The notes beneath the pieces are model-generated. The model did no database searches, was not told where the DNA came from, and saw only the letters and a program-made list of their open reading frames with translations. A DNA stretch of 62,749 bases, the filler included. It is 4 parts of 4 records of this genome, joined end to end, with 100 filler letters (N's around TTAATTAATTAA, not from the genome) between each part and the next. Parts side by side here need not be neighbours in the genome. Positions count along the whole stretch, not along the records: positions 44,184 to 62,749 come from SRR20825010_3758; 3 more parts are not named here. One strand, written 5' to 3'. Within the stretch, counting starts at the first letter, position 1. Each line of letters starts with the position of its first letter. Both the position numbers and the translations under genes were made by a program. Positions 61,201 to 62,749 of the stretch are shown piece by piece.

Positions 61201-62748
61201 CCCATCTGCGGTGCCTGTAATCAAGGTGCCATCACCATTGATCGTCAGCACCACCGCCTCATCGGAGGCGGTATCAACCAAACCGCTTGCAATACTACCG
61301 TCTACTTCCAGTGTATAAGTCAACGCGTCAGTGGCAGCAGCACCATCAGCGCCATAATCCACGTTTGAGAACAGCCCGCTGAAGTCAGCACTATCATTGT
61401 TGGCCAGTGTGGTTTCATCGACCTCCAGCGATACTGCGTCACCAGTGTCCTGAGTGATTACCGGAATATCATCGATGATACGCACTGCCAAGGTGTCGCT
61501 GGCCGTGTCGCCATCTTTATCTTCAAGGCTGACCACAAAGCTCTCGAACACATCATCCCGGCCAGCATCCGGGTGGTTCTCATCATCGTTCAGGGTATAG
61601 GTATAGCTGACCACCCCTGTGTTTGCATCATAGCCCGTGATCTCCAGCGTATTACCCAAAGCGGTGGTAATCGTCGGTAACGCCTGGGTGACATTATCAA
61701 GAACCAGGTTCTCGGATGTCCCATTATGGCTAATCGTCAGTGACTCAATCCCATCCGGTGAATTGATCGTAAAGGTACCGTTGGCAGTGACATCGCCCGC
61801 ACCCACTCCGGTGCCATCAACAAGCTTGCTTTCGTTAACCAGAACGTCACCACCGCTTGCCTCTGGCGTCAGGTCAGAAATGCTCACATCTGCATCACTG
61901 ATGCCCACGGTCAGCGTGGCTGTGCTCCAGTCACCATCTGAGTCTTTGAGGGTATAGCTGAAAATGTCCTGTGCATCACCGGGTGTACCGGGATTACGGC
62001 TATAGGTGTAGCTGCCATCGGCATTTAGCTGCAACGAGCCATAGTTACCATTAATGATACTCCCCACGCTGCCTGAAATTTCAGTATTCACTGAGCCTGC
62101 AGTCACACCGGAAATAGTCGCGCCATCGGCCCCGGTTTCGTCCTGCCCCGTCGCATCCGTAATGACATTGCCTGCGATGGGTGCGTAGGAACCTTCTGGC
62201 ACGGTATCGGTATCATCAACGGCTGAAGGCTGATCATCATCAATGTTCACGGTAAAACTGCCTGTGGCCGTATCACCATCGCCATCAATCGCCTGATACC
62301 TGAAATTCAAAGCATGTGTATCCAGCACCAAATGCTGCATTGAGCCTTGCAGCTCAAAGGTGTAACTGCCCTGTCCATTACCATCAACCTGGAGCGTAAC
62401 GGTAAAGACTGGATCCCCAGCCCGGGTGGCGGTGAGGATATTGTCATTAACGGCAACAACAATATCGCCATTGCCACTGGCGGTGAGAACCCCTGCGAGG
62501 GCAGCCTGATCGGCGGTGAAGATAAGCGCATTGCCACCGGCACCCCCGTCAGCACCCAAATCAACATCAAGATTGGTGCTTACAGTCGACGCGTTTGCAT
62601 CTGGGTTGCTGCCCGTTGGCAGGTGCTCTTCATTGAGAACGGCAATGGCTGGCGCAGCACCAATAACCGGCCCATCGTCAAGGAACGTGAAACGGTCGCC
62701 GACATTAACGTTGGCGCTTTCCTCATCACCGTCACCATCTGTCGCGGT
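52216..62748 (-). CDS. Giant T1SS-type repetitive adhesin (LapA/Bap-like; DUF5801/T1SS-143/Ig-like repeats), 5' end outside window
   Basis: The frame stays open past the 62559 ORF call to the window edge (TATDGDGDEESANVNVGDRFTFLDDGP...); recurrent DxDGD, FxDDGP, DGSYTY, PVxD and ED motifs; very acidic; C-terminal RTX-like GNDVL/AGDDTI and LSIQDVLDM..IEGDSSD tail typical of T1SS substrates. Confidence 0.92.
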   Translation of the reverse strand, partial: TATDGDGDEESANVNVGDRFTFLDDGPVIGAAPAIAVLNEEHLPTGSNPDANASTVSTNLDVDLGADGGAGGNALIFTADQAALAGVLTASGNGDIVVAVNDNILTATRAGDPVFTVTLQVDGNGQGSYTFELQGSMQHLVLDTHALNFRYQAIDGDGDTATGSFTVNIDDDQPSAVDDTDTVPEGSYAPIAGNVITDATGQDETGADGATISGVTAGSVNTEISGSVGSIINGNYGSLQLNADGSYTYSRNPGTPGDAQDIFSYTLKDSDGDWSTATLTVGISDADVSISDLTPEASGGDVLVNESKLVDGTGVGAGDVTANGTFTINSPDGIESLTISHNGTSENLVLDNVTQALPTITTALGNTLEITGYDANTGVVSYTYTLNDDENHPDAGRDDVFESFVVSLEDKDGDTASDTLAVRIIDDIPVITQDTGDAVSLEVDETTLANNDSADFSGLFSNVDYGADGAAATDALTYTLEVDGSIASGLVDTASDEAVVLTINGDGTLITGTADGQTVLTISINDATGEITLDQQRAVKHADTNNPDDAVTIVENAINIVAAATDGDADTVTSSIAIGDRFSFKDDGPSITAGVTGTLPNALTTDDADTASGTSTDTANFSGAFSVTASNAGEDGDGGTVWNYALAVTDPATGLSSNGEPITVALSGNTITAQADGNTVFTIAVDATTGVVTLTQNAAIDHDTAEANSADFSSDTKALLAGLITLTGTATITDADGDSASSSQTIDIGDKFVFTDDGPSVGVPEDASVSEANLAGGSSVNNGALTQTGSLDIGLSADGVDTTFVSTTEADFQGLGLTSNNEALSYELSADGHTLTATADGNTIFVATITNPEAANAGYSFVLSGVLDHDQPGNDAQIDLPFNFVVTDNDGDTATGSFDVTVNDDVPTAVDQAGISLSEGGVTVGSASGGTNLITGGVADSQGADGARINQVRYADINGDQQIITVAEGGNTGVVTTQYGSLTVHSDGTWSYTSNTSVEHSNGVAVDDLFSYNLIDGDDDVSGWADQPLSVTDTTPVAVDDSSVTAPEGTALLSGNLIGNDIPSEDGSPTIYDFSYTDVTGNTQTFEFLPLVLTQAVTTPTGILTVNADGGWNFVPNASYEHDGTGSSNAGSFGYRLVDNDGSISNQANQPIIITDTDPTADNTVTLAIDEENINGLGSANAIVDNEVTVNLGITKGQDDIADVVFDEATKANLASQGLSSGGIDLLVDDFDISPDGHTLTAAIGGNTIFTLQLNNPGDAAGALQSITMTLEQPLDHGIANGENNLPVNVNYVVSDIDSDVDGSLTINVTDDIPSIPVDDSAVSVVEGAAAVGSANGGDNLLGNDTLGADGGFIYDISYTDSNGNAQTNVAVGNGGLTVSTQFGELTVQQDGSWTYTPIDSADHIKPANDTELRDDFSYRVIDNDGDISAASATQQITVTDTVPEVGTPVNSSVDEENLPTGADPDPGSLTATGSLDVTKAEDSIDTEFTVATTDALTALGLTSNGESLSYSISLDGHTLTATEDGTNATVFSVTINNPTTSSAGYSFTLDRALDHPTAADIDLPFSFTVTDSDGDVATSSFNVAVVDDVPALTQAVETDEDTSVTFNSSADANPGNTSIPAAGLGAPSYGTATVNADGTITYTPTPGSNYSGEDSFTYTTTENGGVVSTTTVTVTVNPISDAPTFTATAGSVETDEDTAVSLGFNAPVVTDASDLNGLDAGDNPELLSVITLSGIPDGATLLQADGTTVWHEFDSADGGSITITLNDGSHINGASGDLSMSSAEFAGLKILPPPDSHENFTVTGAVTSYEVDNSGNPIPAAGSETTTAPVLVYVQAVTDDAALTFDNTKVPADVANVDALSFNGGQTEADVTIKEDTAFVVNDILEAAFADLDGSEERSITISNNSGAVILVNGTEVAAGADITVQDKNGTNGQTGEIGSFPNITIGATEDFSGDLENIGITINAQDKDSDGFNAGNSGSTVNGVAEADTTDNTVTLNLHVMPVAGDVGLVAGSNVTTPEDTAVAFMDGIEITDPGTGTEVITKVTFEIPAGWDVTAPAASADWNVSTDGTDYTITAVGAYNLEDVLGDFTITPPPHSSVDQDITVTVTTEDSNTVDGAAVTSDPVETELTIPVEVTAVAEELAGDSDVDGNDDLTMSGDHDYTVTATEDVWFDMSQEAALDGWNNQDQDGSEQTLALFTPTLTDASGDPVSALGSQFQYNDGTGLITKTFNGDAVEIPEEFLDTLKFRGPDHFSGYFELNVSVKTIDTDPDTNDQSTWSGGSSVLTGTINPVADDVRLSVTGRARGDEDTDIPLSIRPVSSDSDASETFTVTLSGIPADAVLTYDGVELVLTDDGLGNGTVGVEIEDFDRTVPMTIRPPENSNEDFTIGVSAVSVDELGAVTSTSGPDVESIDVIVKGVADEATLTTDDPSFTEAAADAAGSNFEGFGSVSLNQVITASALTDDDGSEKLTLSISGLDAQFNLSGGAFIGGVGEGRTWLLTEDQLATAKVLLPINFSGTVTANVVAITTENDGDSLSNPSVDLEFTVAPSIDEAIKTGTNNLQEDTLGKVDFSLAVPGEDDDRIVDGNETLTSIWIDQNAADTSDYTLYLGAGGKTLAQAVADGEPGIVLDGTEYKITGAAIDNIFVQGAANLHGDFSFDVGYEITDPSSDGSLPVVSERTDTTHTLSIEAVTDAATLVIDSITSDPAGAATITGTTAVHATENTELTINATLSKDPDANAGNSSDYDGSEVITEIYVDGVPAGVTVENAVYIGNIPGDPNTGRWLLSGGPTGTSLSGGATSFEMKVSLTGTAANLSDLSESLSFNVVTEDADGGEQVSSDDFLLTTPANFDDTNSEVDQPAVIDIWEDDPAFNATEDVSFSLSDALNAQITGSSDFAITITGFPAGTSVSGMTLTVADGVDTWTVSGSGGDAALQAALDAIQVNLPEDWNDNNAPPFDFETTLTTYAASGDRNDSTANVAEPVTPVTDPSVITISNDEVVGEDSPVNFTVDIDNSSDGSFSSVVNGNLYLQLSETGMSGGTLSYQGTALTAQAVSGVAGIPDGNYYIADIGEVAGNGDGSNIALTYQPPENQTGSVELQAWVQTQETGAANIESSSSGAADDGEGAATILPVNDGFDLAANDVSGDEDTLIELDVSGTGLVDTDGSETISSVLLTGLPTGYLVYTGADEGSAVLANNAGANGWSIPIVGGQLPAFIGVRPPLNVSGVTLALTLTALTGESALLDVESSSIDFNVTVDPVADGLSIAPENAAGTEGDVITIDVNPSLIDQDELVNLELSGLGEYASFYAEGSLLTTEVSYDDLSDTYTISDLNEDQLGDLGFVQKAGTYTVNVSAETVDGMDVSTATTDSFTATVAAVVPSAGNDVLLYGGLAIDADAGDDTIQLRFSEDVSASDLASNLDNVEVLDAGITGSNSIGDASQGLSIQDVLDMTDARGTLTIEGDSSDDVYISDNWTDSGTSGAYTVYTSAVDGATLNVSDQMNVHLVTD

Positions 62749-62749
62749 G

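Noticed and set aside
52216-62559. 62559 as the adhesin start codon
   Set aside because: The frame stays open with repeat-like sequence to the window edge; the real start is outside.

Overview
The window is four unrelated contigs joined by 100-bp artificial spacers (N44-TTAATTAATTAA-N44 at 28505-28604, 39519-39618 and 44084-44183), so adjacency across a spacer means nothing. Taxonomy below is inferred from gene families and composition. (1) 1-28504, Rhodopirellula-like planctomycete: PVC-type heme protein, rhomboid protease, two sulfatases flanking a GH16 kappa-carrageenase-like gene, two tandem DUF1501 + PSD1/planctomycete cytochrome c modules, PAS-AraC regulator, VKOR-DsbA fusion, truA, Ser/Thr kinase, FHA protein and a flippase. 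(2) 28605-39518, probably alphaproteobacterial: almost entirely a 10,564-bp candidate non-autonomous transposon (28911-39474). It has in-register TG...CA termini, four abutting 21-bp sites at one end, three inverted sites spaced 52-53 bp at the other (Tn7-like end asymmetry) and a near-perfect 6-bp flanking duplication. It has no cognate transposase and carries a 7TM-DISM hybrid kinase/LuxR-type regulator pair plus a six-gene cluster of uncharacterised exported or membrane proteins. This is the best candidate for an undescribed system. (3) 39619-44083, Gimesia-like planctomycete: BNR sialidase-like protein, sulfatase-DUF1080 fusion and a Tat-exported Gfo/Idh/MocA oxidoreductase. (4) 44184-62749, Alcanivorax-like gammaproteobacterium: suf(B)CDSA-sufT-sufE converging on iscR-iscS plus an orphan H-NOX gene, then tRNA-Met and the 3' part (>3,500 codons) of a giant T1SS-type adhesin.
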